A stretch of DNA of 486 bases from a phage. Numbering within the stretch: the stretch's first letter is position 1; every line of letters starts with the position of its first letter. Both the position numbers and the translations under genes were made by a program. The stretch lies in sequence record EF517055.1; one strand, written 5' to 3'. The notes beneath the pieces are model-generated. The model was not told where the DNA came from, did not search any database, and saw only the letters and a program-made list of their open reading frames with translations. This document shows positions 1-486 of the stretch, one piece after another.

Positions 1-134
1 CTCGTAAAGAGGCCACACAGTCACGCGCTCTGGCGATTCGCTCCAACGAACTGGCTGACAGTGCATCCACTAAAGTTACCGAGGCTGCTCGTGTGGCAAA
101 CCAAGCTCAACAGCTTTCCAAATTCTTTGAGTAA
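1..134 (+). CDS. 4.3: 3' end of upstream small ORF, 5'-truncated by the window edge; likely T7 gene 4.3-like hypothetical protein
   Basis: Open frame on + strand in phase with position 3, running from the window start to TAA at 132..134. Translation: RKEATQSRALAIRSNELADSASTKVTEAARVANQAQQLSKFFE*. Codon usage is similar to the downstream ORF. The stop lies 19 nt before the next start, the spacing I recall between T7 genes 4.3 and 4.5. Gene name rests on synteny recall, not a homology search. Confidence 0.6.
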   Translation, partial: RKEATQSRALAIRSNELADSASTKVTEAARVANQAQQLSKFFE

Positions 135-140
135 TCAAAC

Positions 141-145
141 AGGAG
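141..145 (+). promoter_or_regulatory. Shine-Dalgarno ribosome binding site for the 154..423 ORF
   Basis: AGGAG at 141..145, followed by an 8-nt spacer (AAACCATT) and ATG at 154..156. This is canonical spacing and core sequence for E. coli-type translation initiation. Confidence 0.85.
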
Positions 146-153
146 AAACCATT

Positions 154-423
154 ATGTCTAACGTAGCTGAAACTATCCGTCTATCCGATACAGCTGATCA
201 GTGGAACCGTCGAGTCCACATCAACGTTCGCAACGGTAAGGCGACTATGGTTTACCGCTGGAAGGACTCTAAGTCCTCTAAGAATCACACTCAGCGTATG
301 ACGTTGACAGATGAGCAAGCACTGCGTCTGGTCAATGCGCTTACCAAAGCTGTCGTGACAGCAATTCATGAAGCTAGTCGCGTCAATGAAGCTATGGCTA
401 TCCTCGACAAGATTGATAACTAA
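154..423 (+). CDS. 4.5: Small phage accessory protein, 89 aa; likely T7 gene 4.5 protein (gp4.5), reported as a Lon protease-interacting, anti-abortive-infection factor
   Basis: ATG at 154 preceded by a strong SD; open to TAA at 421..423 (270 nt including stop). Translation: MSNVAETIRLSDTADQWNRRVHINVRNGKATMVYRWKDSKSSKNHTQRMTLTDEQALRLVNALTKAVVTAIHEASRVNEAMAILDKIDN. Codon usage is typical of well-expressed enterobacterial phage genes (CGT, CTG, AAC, GAC). The size, the 19-nt spacing from the upstream stop, and the T7-type promoter about 45 nt downstream all match my recollection of T7 gene 4.5. The six-frame track extends this frame back to a GTG at 61, but that extension lacks an RBS and overlaps the upstream ORF in a different phase. 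Confidence 0.9.
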   Translation: MSNVAETIRLSDTADQWNRRVHINVRNGKATMVYRWKDSKSSKNHTQRMTLTDEQALRLVNALTKAVVTAIHEASRVNEAMAILDKIDN

Positions 424-473
424 GAGTGGTATCTTCAAGGTCGCCAAAGTGGTGACCTTCATGAATACTATTC
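424..473 (+). promoter_or_regulatory. Bipartite RNA stem-loop in the intergenic region; candidate RNase III processing site (T7 R4.7-like)
   Basis: Seen directly: upper stem 437..445 (AAGGTCGCC) pairs with 451..459 (GGTGACCTT), 9 bp with one G.U, around a 5-nt loop AAAGT (446..450). Lower stem 424..432 (GAGTGGTAT) pairs with 465..473 (AATACTATTC region), 9 bp with two G.U. The stems are separated by an asymmetric internal loop (433..436 CTTC / 460..464 CATGA). This two-stem architecture with an internal bubble is typical of T7 early and class II RNase III sites. There is no U-tract after it, so it is not an intrinsic terminator. My recollection places the T7 R4.7 cut site in the 3' side of this internal loop. 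Confidence 0.5.
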
Positions 474-486
474 GACTCACTATAAG
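468..486 (+). promoter_or_regulatory. T7-type single-subunit phage RNA polymerase promoter (phi4.7-like, class II), truncated at the window end
   Basis: CGACTCACTATA at 473..484 matches the -12..-1 core of the T7 promoter consensus (TAATACGACTCACTATAGGGAGA). The predicted +1 is about position 485 (A here; G in consensus). The -17..-13 segment (CTATT, 468..472) deviates from consensus TAATA, consistent with a weaker class II promoter. The window ends at +2, so the initially transcribed region and the downstream gene are not visible. Confidence 0.75.

Noticed and set aside
61-153. 5' extension of the 154..423 reading frame to a GTG at position 61 (120-aa version in the ORF track)
   Set aside because: The extension overlaps the upstream ORF, which is in a different phase and ends at 134. 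It has no RBS before position 61, while the ATG at 154 has a near-ideal AGGAG plus 8-nt spacer. The 89-codon length from 154 matches the expected gene size.
437-459. Upper stem-loop considered as a rho-independent terminator
   Set aside because: No T/U-rich tract follows the stem; it is followed by CATGAATACTATTCG. The hairpin is better explained as part of a larger bipartite RNase III-type processing structure.
181-480. 99-aa reverse-strand ORF from the six-frame track
   Set aside because: It lies antisense to, and almost entirely within, the well-supported + strand ORF, and runs through the intergenic hairpin and promoter. I could not identify a convincing SD upstream of its start on the minus strand. 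Everything else in the window is on the + strand, as expected for T7-like genomes, which are transcribed from one strand. Most likely a chance antisense open frame.
1-486. Possibility of a novel defence or anti-defence system, CRISPR array, repeats or mobile element
   Set aside because: I found no direct or inverted repeats beyond the single intergenic hairpin, no repeat-spacer periodicity, and no recombinase or transposase-like coding. All elements are accounted for by a standard T7-like gene, RNase III site and promoter layout, so I found no basis for claiming an undescribed system in this short window.

Overview
This window reads as a compact, single-strand (+) piece of a T7-group podovirus genome, most likely the class II (DNA metabolism) region of T7 or a very close relative. 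It holds the 3' end of an upstream small ORF (ends 134), a 19-nt spacer with a strong Shine-Dalgarno, one complete 89-codon ORF (154..423), then a 63-nt intergenic region with a bipartite RNA hairpin (424..473) overlapping a phage-type single-subunit RNA polymerase promoter (CGACTCACTATA, cut off by the window end). The layout (270-nt ORF, 19-nt spacer, promoter +1 about 62 nt after the stop) matches my recollection of the T7 gene 4.3 / gene 4.5 / R4.7 / phi4.7 interval. That assignment is from memory and sequence pattern only; no database search was possible. I see no sign of a novel, undescribed system. The most interesting content is the small gene 4.5-like accessory protein and the overlap between the RNA-processing hairpin and the promoter.
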